DNA of 32,005 nucleotides, taken from IMG/VR virus record IMGVR_UViG_3300013936_000020, one strand, 5' to 3'. Source of the DNA: an uncultured virus (IMG/VR IMGVR_UViG_3300013936_000020). Lineage: Duplodnaviria > Heunggongvirae > Uroviricota > Caudoviricetes. The notes beneath the pieces were generated by a model, which had not been told where the DNA came from, did not search any database, and saw only the letters and a list, made by a program, of their open reading frames with translations. A program made the translations under genes and the position numbers. Below are positions 18,171 through 25,746 of this stretch, piece after piece (the first letter of the stretch is position 1; each line of letters starts with the position of its first letter).

Positions 18171-18708
18171 TTGCCTTCCTCCTTCTTAGCCGCTGCATCA
18201 GCCTTTGCAGCCTCGGCAGCTTTGGCAGCGAGATTTTCTTTCTTCTCGCTTTCAAGGTTGTCAACATACTCAGGAGCGAAAGCATCAATATCCAAGTCTT
18301 GGACGTCTGACGTGTTGGTGTTGATTACAGCTTGGTCGAAAGTAACAGCGTTCTGCATTTCAATGGACTTAGGTGCAAATTTCAATATTGATTTGAGAAC
18401 CGTCTTTTGCGCCATAGCATCAAAATCTGATTTCCATGGGGAATTGAAACCAGCACGGAAGGCTTGGCTGAACTTTGTTGCGTGAGCCTTAACCTTGTCA
18501 ATATCCCAATAAGCAACCTTTGTAAAGCCATTCAGAAGCTCGAACTTAGCCATATAGCCGATAACCTTGTCAGACTTCTTTTGTTTCTTGTCGAAAACGT
18601 AATCTTCGTCGAACTCGTCACCCGAAATATACTCACCTTCGTGGACTGGAGCTGCAAGAATCTTCTTGAATTGACCGCTGCGTTGGCAAAGTTGCAATAA
18701 ACCTAAAT
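18167..18708 (-). CDS. recT: RecT single-strand annealing protein, exon 2
   Basis: LGLLQLCQRSGQ..PWKSDFDAMAQKTVLK..PKSIE; splicing to exon 1 gives a 279-aa RecT. Confidence 0.92.
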
Positions 18709-19516
18709 CACTAACCCACCGATTTACCATTTCAGTGGAGTGGACTATCTCTTCACCATTACAGGTGTCTCGCACTTGGGCGTGTGATAAATCCACGCCT
18801 ACTCGGTTACACTCATCACCGATAGTCTCTACACTCCAATATTTCCAAACAAATCCTCGAAAATGTTTTCTAACTCCTTTAAGAGCCTTACAGAGCCTGT
18901 CGTTCCCACATTGAAAATGTTCTGCTGCATCTTTTATAGAGCGGAAATAGCAAAAGCTAAATTCATCCTCTGTGTACCCATAAATGGCTTTATAAATAGG
19001 AGGATGCGGAATTTTTCCTTTATTAGCTTTCGATATTTTTATTCTTGACTCAAAAGTATGTTTCTTTCCAAGATTTGCTACCCTCAGTTTTTGACGTGTT
19101 TCTTCGCTTACCGAATGTCCGATTTTTGGTCCAGTAAGTTGTGCTAACTTGACTTTCTTCTCTTTATCGGTTTTTCTTTCCCACTGTGCTCGTGCGCACT
19201 TTGCAAGATAAGCACGTTCATTGTCGGAAGGATGATAACCTTTAGAGCCCTTGCCTCCAATAGTCATATTATAAGATGCAGAAAGTTTGTTTATCCAGAA
19301 AATTTCCTTTGAATCAAGCTCTTCTTTTTGGCATTCCTCTAAAACCGAAAATGTGAAATTCCCAAATCCGTATTTTTTTAAAGCTCTACAGATAAGCCTA
19401 TTCCCTTTGGTGCTACAAGGACATCTGTGCTCCATCATTCTACGATGTAAATCCACACTTTGCCCGACGTATATATCCCCTGTAATATTATTAGTTAAAG
19501 AATAAATACCAATCAT
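18167..19516 (-). CDS. Intron-encoded GIY-YIG homing endonuclease with NUMOD repeats, open in frame into recT exon 2
   Basis: GIYSLTN..IYVGQS..R; NUMOD3-like HSVSEETRQKL/HTFESRIKIS; NUMOD1-like FRSIKDAA..GFVWKY; no stop before 18167. Confidence 0.9.
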   Translation of the reverse strand: MIGIYSLTNNITGDIYVGQSVDLHRRMMEHRCPCSTKGNRLICRALKKYGFGNFTFSVLEECQKEELDSKEIFWINKLSASYNMTIGGKGSKGYHPSDNERAYLAKCARAQWERKTDKEKKVKLAQLTGPKIGHSVSEETRQKLRVANLGKKHTFESRIKISKANKGKIPHPPIYKAIYGYTEDEFSFCYFRSIKDAAEHFQCGNDRLCKALKGVRKHFRGFVWKYWSVETIGDECNRVGVDLSHAQVRDTCNGEEIVHSTEMVNRWVSDLGLLQLCQRSGQFKKILAAPVHEGEYISGDEFDEDYVFDKKQKKSDKVIGYMAKFELLNGFTKVAYWDIDKVKAHATKFSQAFRAGFNSPWKSDFDAMAQKTVLKSILKFAPKSIEMQNAVTFDQAVINTNTSDVQDLDIDAFAPEYVDNLESEKKENLAAKAAEAAKADAAAKKEEGK

Positions 19517-19638
19517 TGTTTAAAAATATTAAAGCACGGTATTGCCCTTTATTGGAGGGTTTCACCGTTAGCCATACATAGTATGACACCGTTTTTTCTT
19601 ACGTTCACGAGATTTTACTTGACCATAACTTTTGGTTT
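18709..19638 (-). mobile_element. Group I self-splicing intron (IA-like, 930 nt) in recT
   Basis: Exon UUGGCU pairs with IGS GGUCAA including a U.G at the 5' splice site; terminal G 18709; P7 strands AGAGACUA (18823-18830) and GAUAGUCC; P3 UCUCGU/GCGAGA; P4/P5 CGGUGAAACCCU..AGGGCAAUACCG; two extra hairpins between P7 and P3; splicing restores QFQIG-Y-LGLLQL. Confidence 0.93.
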
Positions 19639-19936
19639 AGCCAATTTGAAACTGTGCCTTCTTTCCGTAAGGGATGATGTAGCACTGACCCAATGTAGGG
19701 ATAACCTGCAACTGCATCGTGGCTGCAACCATCGCTGCTCCGATAATGCTCATTGGCTCTGCGTTGCGAAGTTGTGGGTTTCCGTTGGCTACACTGATAA
19801 CCGAACTCATAAAGCTGTTAGCCATCTGTGGGCTATTCCAAACCTCGTTAAGTTTACCAACAACGGCAGGAGAGTGCATCAACTCTCCCAACGACATACC
19901 AGTATTTTGTTGCTGCGTTGTAACTTGTGTTGTCAT
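19639..19936 (-). CDS. recT: RecT single-strand annealing protein, exon 1
   Basis: SIIGAAMVAA..L..LGQCYIIPY..AQFQIG; unspliced reading stops at the TAA created by the exon/intron junction. Confidence 0.92.
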
Positions 19937-20104
19937 TATCTATTTTTTAAAAAGTTATTTACTCGTACCTATATTCCCAGTTACTACAACAGTAGTCCGT
20001 GAACCTACGAGCCTTCGGGTTGCCACACAAGCCAAGTCTTAGGCAATCGTGGCATGAAGACTTATAGAAAGGGTCCAATTTACTTCTGTTCATAGTTACG
20101 TGAA

Positions 20105-20368
20105 TTAGTGTACCTTATTTATGTATCTGTAATACGTCTCCACCCTTACCGAGCCTCCCTTTCCGTCGGGTCGGTCGTAGTAGTGTGGAACTGAATCGAG
20201 AATCCTCCCCTCGCCTGCCGTATAGTTGAGATATACGCTTCTTGTCTGTATCGCAAGAATCGTCTCCCTGTCGAGTTCCATAAGGCAAGAATGAATGTCC
20301 CGTAGACGAAAGACCGCCTTTGCCGTACCGACAGGCAACCTTGCAATCACTTGGTCAAGTCTACTCAT
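20105..20368 (-). CDS. Hypothetical protein
   Basis: Overlaps the upstream stop. Confidence 0.6.
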   Translation of the reverse strand: MSRLDQVIARLPVGTAKAVFRLRDIHSCLMELDRETILAIQTRSVYLNYTAGEGRILDSVPHYYDRPDGKGGSVRVETYYRYINKVH

Positions 20369-20846
20369 CTATTTCCTCTTTTTCTTCCTCGGAAGAGTTA
20401 AAGTAACAATCGAATATCGTGGTGTCGGAGATTGAGCAAGTCTCGTAGTCGAGCATGGAGCCCTTCATGACATTGTTGTCAATGTAGCTCTGCGCCTTGT
20501 TTGTCGAGGCTGCTTGCACAAGATACGTCACCTTTGACTTCTTCTCCTTGCCTGACTTCTCATCAATGGTGATGAATGAGAGCTTGCACTTGTAGAACTT
20601 GTCATCTTTCTCTTCTTCGGAGGTGAACACCTCTCCGTAAGCAGCAGGATTGATGTTGACAATATTCATGTCCCCGCTGCAAAAAGGCGACATTTCCTCG
20701 ATAGCCATCTTCTCAGCCTCGCCGAACGAGAGGGCATCGACCACGATGTTTTTCTTCACCATCTTCTCCACTCCATCCTCCTGCGTCTCTTGCATCGCAA
20801 GCTGAACCTCGAAGAACTTTGCGGAATGAACTTTTAATTCTGCCAT
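20361..20846 (-). CDS. DUF4494-family protein
   Basis: VVDALSFGEAE..KFYKCKLSFITIDEKSGKEKK..YLVQAAS. Confidence 0.85.
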   Translation of the reverse strand: MAELKVHSAKFFEVQLAMQETQEDGVEKMVKKNIVVDALSFGEAEKMAIEEMSPFCSGDMNIVNINPAAYGEVFTSEEEKDDKFYKCKLSFITIDEKSGKEKKSKVTYLVQAASTNKAQSYIDNNVMKGSMLDYETCSISDTTIFDCYFNSSEEEKEEIDE

Positions 20847-20972
20847 AATCTTATGAATTTAATTAAACAATATGTTACTTATCTCCATCCTCGTCGATGC
20901 CTATCATCTGTGCGAATGCCGCTCCAACGATGAATATCAGACAAGTGGCGAGGAAACTGAAAAATATAATAC

Positions 20973-21401
20973 TCATCCTTTATTGATTTCCAATGCTAAA
21001 AAATCTCCATCAACATGCTTCTTTACATGGCAAGATAGAATGACACGATTCTTTTCGGAAGGATTATATCCAAACTTCTGCAACAAAAAACCTGTCAACG
21101 GTTTTCCATTTATACAAACATTTTGATTCGAGATTTTGCTTCCACAGTGACTAACCCGAAATCCTTCCCCCTTGCTATTGTTGTCAAAAATAAGCATTAC
21201 GTCGTCGGTGTATTTGTTCTGTTGAACCCTACATAATGTATATTTTCCACGTATTAGCTCCGATATGTCAATATTAAGAGTAACACTATAGTTCTTACAC
21301 TTACCTTTCCCGCCGTGATTTACGGAAATTTGGTTATTCTGCAATTTTCTTCTGTGCGAACCGTAATCAAAGTCCACAAATTCATACCCGCTGTCTGTCA
21401 T
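20973..21401 (-). CDS. Hypothetical protein
   Basis: 142-aa ORF in operon orientation. Confidence 0.65.
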   Translation of the reverse strand: MTDSGYEFVDFDYGSHRRKLQNNQISVNHGGKGKCKNYSVTLNIDISELIRGKYTLCRVQQNKYTDDVMLIFDNNSKGEGFRVSHCGSKISNQNVCINGKPLTGFLLQKFGYNPSEKNRVILSCHVKKHVDGDFLALEINKG

Positions 21402-21531
21402 AAATCGAAATATTTTATAGGTTTCTTACCAAATAGCAGACGGCAGAGACCGTTTGCAATCTCCGCCGCCACAACTACAAACAACATAAAAACTAAATAA
21501 ACAACTATGAAATATGGTTTCATACACCTTA

Positions 21532-21999
21532 TTATATAATAGGTTTGTAATTATACTTGACGCTTACCCCGCCACCATCCCTTTTTGGCAGGCACTTGAC
21601 GATAGCCTCAAGGAACACCACATTAGGATCTCCGTTATGCCTTCGTTTGTTGTGCTTGATGATTTTTCGTACCATCAGCTTACGAACGATGGCGAACTCA
21701 CGAAAACTATGTGTGTACGACGACTTGACATCGCAGATGACCAATGTGTCACCCTTGTAGTAAACGAAGTCGGCGTGATACATGACAGGAAACTCCAACA
21801 GTTTCTTTATTAGCTTGTCTTTCGTCTTCAAGTGCTTGACGACAATTTGCTCCTGCTTGGGAACAAGCATGAACCCAGTCTGCCGATGTACGCAGCTTAC
21901 GTCAGGGTCGGCGATCAATTCAAGGTAGAAGCCAAGTTCTTCCTTCGAATCGAAGGTCATTCCGTCGTACTCAACCTTGGATTGCGTCACCCTAACCAT
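21532..21999 (-). CDS. DUF1064-like PD-(D/E)XK nuclease (putative resolvase)
   Basis: DGMTFDSKEE..YHADFVY..ICDVKS. Confidence 0.8.
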   Translation of the reverse strand: MVRVTQSKVEYDGMTFDSKEELGFYLELIADPDVSCVHRQTGFMLVPKQEQIVVKHLKTKDKLIKKLLEFPVMYHADFVYYKGDTLVICDVKSSYTHSFREFAIVRKLMVRKIIKHNKRRHNGDPNVVFLEAIVKCLPKRDGGGVSVKYNYKPII

Positions 22000-22268
22000 G
22001 CCTTGCCCGCCTCCTTGACCGGGTTTTTCAACAGAAGCTGGAATGCGTTAACGCCGAAACGTTGCCACTTTCCGTTTTCCCACTGCACGAGGTATTCATT
22101 CTTGAACGCCTCGCGTTTTCCGTCCGTAGCCTCTTGCTTCAACATAACAACTATGTTTCCGTCATCCAGAAAGCCAACGTATTCGACGGCATCGAGCCTT
22201 AGAATCTCGCCAACCGTCTCCTTTCTTATTCTAATATGTCTTAGTACTTTCATCATTTTTTTTGACAT
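21987..22268 (-). CDS. Hypothetical protein
   Basis: 93-aa ORF overlapping the next start. Confidence 0.6.
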   Translation of the reverse strand: MSKKMMKVLRHIRIRKETVGEILRLDAVEYVGFLDDGNIVVMLKQEATDGKREAFKNEYLVQWENGKWQRFGVNAFQLLLKNPVKEAGKAWLG

Positions 22269-22381
22269 AAAAATGAAGCCATCCTGTTACCAGGTTTACA
22301 ATCCTCCCTCTCACGCTAAGGCAGGATGGCTTCGACACGTGAGGCTTAGTATCAACCAATAAATATTTAAACAATATGGCG

Positions 22382-22464
22382 CGGTGGGTGTAGGGATCGA
22401 ACCTACGAATCGTTTCCGACTTACACGTTAGCAATGTGCTGCATTACCGCTCTGCCAACCCACC
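22382..22464 (-). tRNA. tRNA-Ser(GCT)
   Basis: GGTGGGT/ACCCACC acceptor, loop TTGCTAA, long variable arm, GGTTCGATCC T-arm, G discriminator; one mismatch in the anticodon stem. Confidence 0.9.
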
Positions 22465-22556
22465 TGAAGCCTCCTACCTTCACAGGCAAGAGGTGTGAAA
22501 AACATTACAAATCTAATCACCATTATTTAAATTAAAGAAAACAGCCTATTTCGATA

Positions 22557-22667
22557 GGCGAGGAGGCAGGACTCGAACCTGCATCTGACGGATATACCGC
22601 AGTCCTGTCCGATGCGCCATTCCTACAGTGGTCGCATCCGCTTCCTTGGCGTTGGACGACACCTCGC
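22557..22667 (-). ncRNA. Non-canonical tRNA-like RNA with a D-loop insertion
   Basis: Acceptor GCGAGGTG/CTCCTCGC; perfect T-arm GCAGG-TTCGAGT-CCTGC; D-stem GTCC/GGAC enclosing an extra hairpin; shrunken anticodon loop. Confidence 0.65.
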
Positions 22668-22783
22668 AAACAATAACCAATTAATATTTACCTAAACTAA
22701 AAGAACTTTCTTTGAAAGAGCACCCTATTCTCACGAACAAGGTATAATTTTTGAACATGGAATTTATAAACTATGATTTTAAT

Positions 22784-22871
22784 TGGAGGCGAGGACTCAG
22801 CGAAGAGCCACCTGCGACGATAAGAACGGTATCATTGGTTGTCGCCGTGCATCGGTTACACCACACGCCTC
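22784..22871 (-). ncRNA. Non-canonical tRNA-like RNA with an expanded anticodon arm
   Basis: Acceptor GAGGCGTG/CTCGCCTC; D-stem GTGT/GCAC; stem GCGAC/GTCGC enclosing 22 nt; T-arm GGCTC-TTCGCT-GAGTC. Confidence 0.6.
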
Positions 22872-23193
22872 TTTATGTATTAATGAAAAATCTAAAAAAT
22901 TCTTCACCAGAAATTATTTATAGCCATCATTCCGTTGGCTTAAATAGGGAAATATCTCCCCGTTTAGCTACCCTATATTTCTATTACAGCATATCCATTT
23001 GCTTGCCACGACAATTCTTCTGTGGTTTTATCGCCGAGAATAGGCGGCCATCCTTCCGTGGTAGTCCATTTGTAGCTACAATAAACTATAGCTTGAGTAG
23101 TCTTCCGTATGTCGTGCGTCCTTTCACACCGTCATGGATTGCTGGTCTCGTGATGTTACTTTTTACACGCATACTTTCTGTGCATTTCCAACA

Positions 23194-23204
23194 TGTCAAA
23201 GAGC
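23194..23204 (-). promoter_or_regulatory. boxA-like antitermination element
   Basis: GCTCTTTGACA versus consensus GCTCTTTAACA, on the sense strand of the early operon. Confidence 0.6.
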
Positions 23205-23240
23205 TTCCCTCTCGTTCCTAACAACGGAACTTGAAAGTTG

Positions 23241-23312
23241 TCGCCCGAAGGAGAATCGAACTCCTAATCTCGGTTTAGGAAACCGATGTTTTATCCATTG
23301 AACTATCGGGCG
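23241..23312 (-). tRNA. tRNA-Arg(CCT)
   Basis: Full cloverleaf: CGCCCGA/TCGGGCG, TCGGT-TTCCTAA-ACCGA, AGGAG-TTCGATT-CTCCT. Confidence 0.93.
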
Positions 23313-23453
23313 TATTGGGGGAGAAACGGAAACAAAAGCTCCCCCACCCCATCGCTATGGGCTTACTTAGATAAAAATACTTTCACAATATCCTCACGGA
23401 CGCATGAAGCCACCTTGTAATAACTTAAACAATCTTATATATAGAAATTATAC

Positions 23454-23696
23454 CTAAACAACTCTATTTCTCTCAATCATTTTCCTTACGTCAGCCACTT
23501 TATATAATATGGTATTGCGTACCTTGTAATATGGCAGCTCGCCTGACTCACGTAGGTCTTTCACGAAGTCCTTGCTTACTCCACCGAGAAACGCCAGGAT
23601 TGACTTATTGGTCAGGAACTCCTGGTCTTGCTCCTTCAACGAGATAACCTTCTCTACCACGTCGATGCCGACCTTGGTGTGATACTTTGGTGGCAT
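23454..23696 (-). CDS. HTH_17 excisionase-like DNA-binding protein
   Basis: FLTNKSILAFLGGVSKDFVKDLRESGELPYYKV..ILYKVADV. Confidence 0.75.
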   Translation of the reverse strand: MPPKYHTKVGIDVVEKVISLKEQDQEFLTNKSILAFLGGVSKDFVKDLRESGELPYYKVRNTILYKVADVRKMIERNRVV

Positions 23697-23699
23697 AGA

Positions 23700-24362
23700 C
23701 TAAAAGTACTTCTTTTGAAACTTAGACCGTAGATAGTTCACGACAGCATCGCCTGACTTCAAGAAACCATCCTCAATGAGCATTGCCACCTGTCTTTCAA
23801 GCTCAAAGTACTCACGTTGTTTCTCTTCTGTTCCATACTCGTTGCGAATCATGTGCTCGTGCTTACCAACGATAATCCAATTAAGTCCTTTTGCGATAGT
23901 CTGCATAGTCTTTTGCATTTCGTTTGACTTCACGATAGTTCTAACAGCGGAAGCGAGTTTCTTGTATGCCTCTCCTGCTTCGTTACGATAACTTAGCATT
24001 TGGTCTGAAACAAATTTCAATACCTTAACCTTGAATGTCGGGCTTAGCCACATAGCAAAGTCAATAAAGAGGAGTGGGTGCATCCAAGTGCCACCATTTT
24101 TTCCTCTAACAGAAACATAAGCAGGATTCTTTTTATCAAGATTTTCTTCACTAATCAAAGCTTTCAAATACTCCTGTGTTGATTTGAGGCTCAGATAGTT
24201 ATCAATGTCCTTCTTTTTATAATCCCCATTTTCGTGGGTATTTAAATTTTCTGGACTATTCCACTGCCTAAGCAAATCTGTTGCGTTGAACATTCCGTCT
24301 TTTGTCCGCTGCTCAACTTTTAAATTGTCAAGCGGTCTTATCATTACCTGATTGGTGTTCAT
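23700..24362 (-). CDS. KilA-N domain protein (antirepressor-like)
   Basis: QRTKDGMFNATDL..RGKNGGTWMHPLLFIDFAMWLSP.F. Confidence 0.9.
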   Translation of the reverse strand: MNTNQVMIRPLDNLKVEQRTKDGMFNATDLLRQWNSPENLNTHENGDYKKKDIDNYLSLKSTQEYLKALISEENLDKKNPAYVSVRGKNGGTWMHPLLFIDFAMWLSPTFKVKVLKFVSDQMLSYRNEAGEAYKKLASAVRTIVKSNEMQKTMQTIAKGLNWIIVGKHEHMIRNEYGTEEKQREYFELERQVAMLIEDGFLKSGDAVVNYLRSKFQKKYF

Positions 24363-24391
24363 ATATCCAGTCTCCTATACTTTAATTGTTT

Positions 24392-24613
24392 CTACTCGCA
24401 AGGAACAGCGGTTATAATCGCCGTATGGTTCTTATAGTCTGCCGAGGTAGAGTATTTTAGTACTCCTTTCGGCAAGTCCTCATACTGAGCGAGCTGATAA
24501 GCGTATGTTACAGCCGACCTAACAGCCCTTGCGGACTCAAGCAGGAAGACTTCAAACTTACCCGGCTTGATGCCCAATATGTCTTGTTTTGTTATTCTTG
24601 CAACTTTTTTCAT
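24392..24613 (-). CDS. First early gene (Cro position), hypothetical
   Basis: Divergent from the repressor; role inferred from position only. Confidence 0.6.
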   Translation of the reverse strand: MKKVARITKQDILGIKPGKFEVFLLESARAVRSAVTYAYQLAQYEDLPKGVLKYSTSADYKNHTAIITAVPCE

Positions 24614-24641
24614 CTTAGTTACTTAAATTTATCGTTTAAAA

Positions 24642-24673
24642 TTTGGAGGTGTGCGAAAAAAGTCGTATATTTG
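24642..24673 (+). promoter_or_regulatory. Rightward promoter for the repressor
   Basis: TTTG-N20-TATATTTG, a full Bacteroidetes consensus. Confidence 0.75.
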
Positions 24674-24757
24674 CAGTGTCAATGTAAAGTACGTACTTTC
24701 GGTCGCACAAGCCTCCGTTTGTAACGGCTTTGTTAGTTACTCGACCGTCAACGAGTG

Positions 24758-24789
24758 CAAAGGTATAAAAACTTCGGTAAAGTACCTAA
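24758..24789 (-). promoter_or_regulatory. Leftward early promoter
   Basis: TTAG-N20-TACCTTTG on the - strand, overlapped by an operator. Confidence 0.65.
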
Positions 24790-24822
24790 TGTTTCGGTAA
24801 AATACTTCGGTATATTACCGAA
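24773..24822. promoter_or_regulatory. Three 17-bp operator-like sites TTCGGTA-N3-TACCGAA
   Basis: 24773-24789 (one mismatch), 24793-24809 (degenerate right half), 24806-24822 (perfect). Confidence 0.75.
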
Positions 24823-24872
24823 TTTTAACGTTTCGAGTCGATTTAGTTACATATTTAAAACTAAGAAGCATT

Positions 24873-25388
24873 ATGGGAACATTAAATTCGGTACAGGAAA
24901 GGCTAGATTACCTCATCAAGATTAAGAAGATGAGCGAAAATGCCTTCATGAAGGCTACGGGAACTAATAACATCGGTAAGATGCGAAGTGGAAAGCTGTC
25001 AATATCCGAGGGAACAATAAGTAAGATATGTAATTCCCTTGGGGTTAGTTATAGCTGGCTTAAATACGGTAGCGGCGGGATGAACGATTCTATGATATTT
25101 CATTTGAGCGACGCCACACATAAAAAGATGGAGGAATCAATAAAGGAAGCCTTCGAGCATGGCGGTTTACCAATGACGCAACTTATAAATACAGGAAACG
25201 TTGGCGACAACAGTCAGAACATTTCTACCGGAACAGATCGCGCGTCCGAGCGAGAGGAGCAGTCCTTCAAGGAGAAGAATTCCCAGCTCATCCAGATCAT
25301 CAACGCCAAGGACGAGATAATCAAGTCCAAGGACAGCGAGATAAAGCTCCTAAGAAAGATACTCGCAGATAATGGTATAGAAGTCTAA
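24873..25388 (+). CDS. XRE-family HTH repressor (CI-like, no S24 peptidase seen)
   Basis: ERLDYLIK..SENAF..ISKICNSLGVSYSWLKYGSG; C-terminal coiled coil. Confidence 0.8.
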   Translation: MGTLNSVQERLDYLIKIKKMSENAFMKATGTNNIGKMRSGKLSISEGTISKICNSLGVSYSWLKYGSGGMNDSMIFHLSDATHKKMEESIKEAFEHGGLPMTQLINTGNVGDNSQNISTGTDRASEREEQSFKEKNSQLIQIINAKDEIIKSKDSEIKLLRKILADNGIEV

Positions 25389-25405
25389 CATTAAATATTA
25401 CGATT

Positions 25406-25588
25406 ATGGAAGGTGTAATGTATATAATAATGTTCGTGTGCGCAGTGTTGTCAATCATATTATTCTTCAAGGTTTGGAGAATGACCGATGACGTTCACGC
25501 CATAAGGGACAAGTTCGCTCCTAAGACAGAGAATAAGGGTAAGTTCGACGATGTGCCTGCGACATGGGAGGAAGCAGACAAGAAATAA
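25406..25588 (+). CDS. Small membrane protein downstream of the repressor
   Basis: N-terminal TM; FFKVWRMTDDV; followed by perfect palindrome 25597-25616. Confidence 0.65.
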   Translation: MEGVMYIIMFVCAVLSIILFFKVWRMTDDVHAIRDKFAPKTENKGKFDDVPATWEEADKK

Positions 25589-25697
25589 CCCACATCATGA
25601 GCCTACGTAGGCTCATCTGTGAGTAAATGTGTGAGTAATAGAAATATAATATATATAAATCAGTAAGGAACAACGCTTTGCGAGAATCGCAAACAAT

Positions 25698-25740
25698 CTT
25701 CCCAAGCCTGGGAGGCGGGTTCGATTCCCGTATCCCGCTC
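25698..25740 (+). other. attP core: 3' half of tRNA-Gly(CCC)
   Basis: CTTCCCAAGCCTG..GCGGGTTCGATTCCCGTATCCCGCT begins at the anticodon loop with no 5' half; adjacent to the integrase. Confidence 0.85.
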
Positions 25741-25746
25741 AAACAG

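Noticed and set aside
18709..19638. Intein, frameshift or pseudogenised recT
   Set aside because: There is a stop at the 5' junction and no intein terminal residues; group I core elements and precise motif restoration explain the split.
19997..20076. HDV-like (theta) ribozyme
   Set aside because: Only 8 nt are available where P3/L3 should be, and there is no J4/2 catalytic C in place; the 22275-22349 element also fails this topology.
22751..23221. 156-aa + strand ORF
   Set aside because: Antisense to structured RNAs, TTG start, no recognisable motif.
25698..25740. Complete tRNA-Gly gene
   Set aside because: No 5' acceptor strand, D-arm or full 5' anticodon stem upstream.
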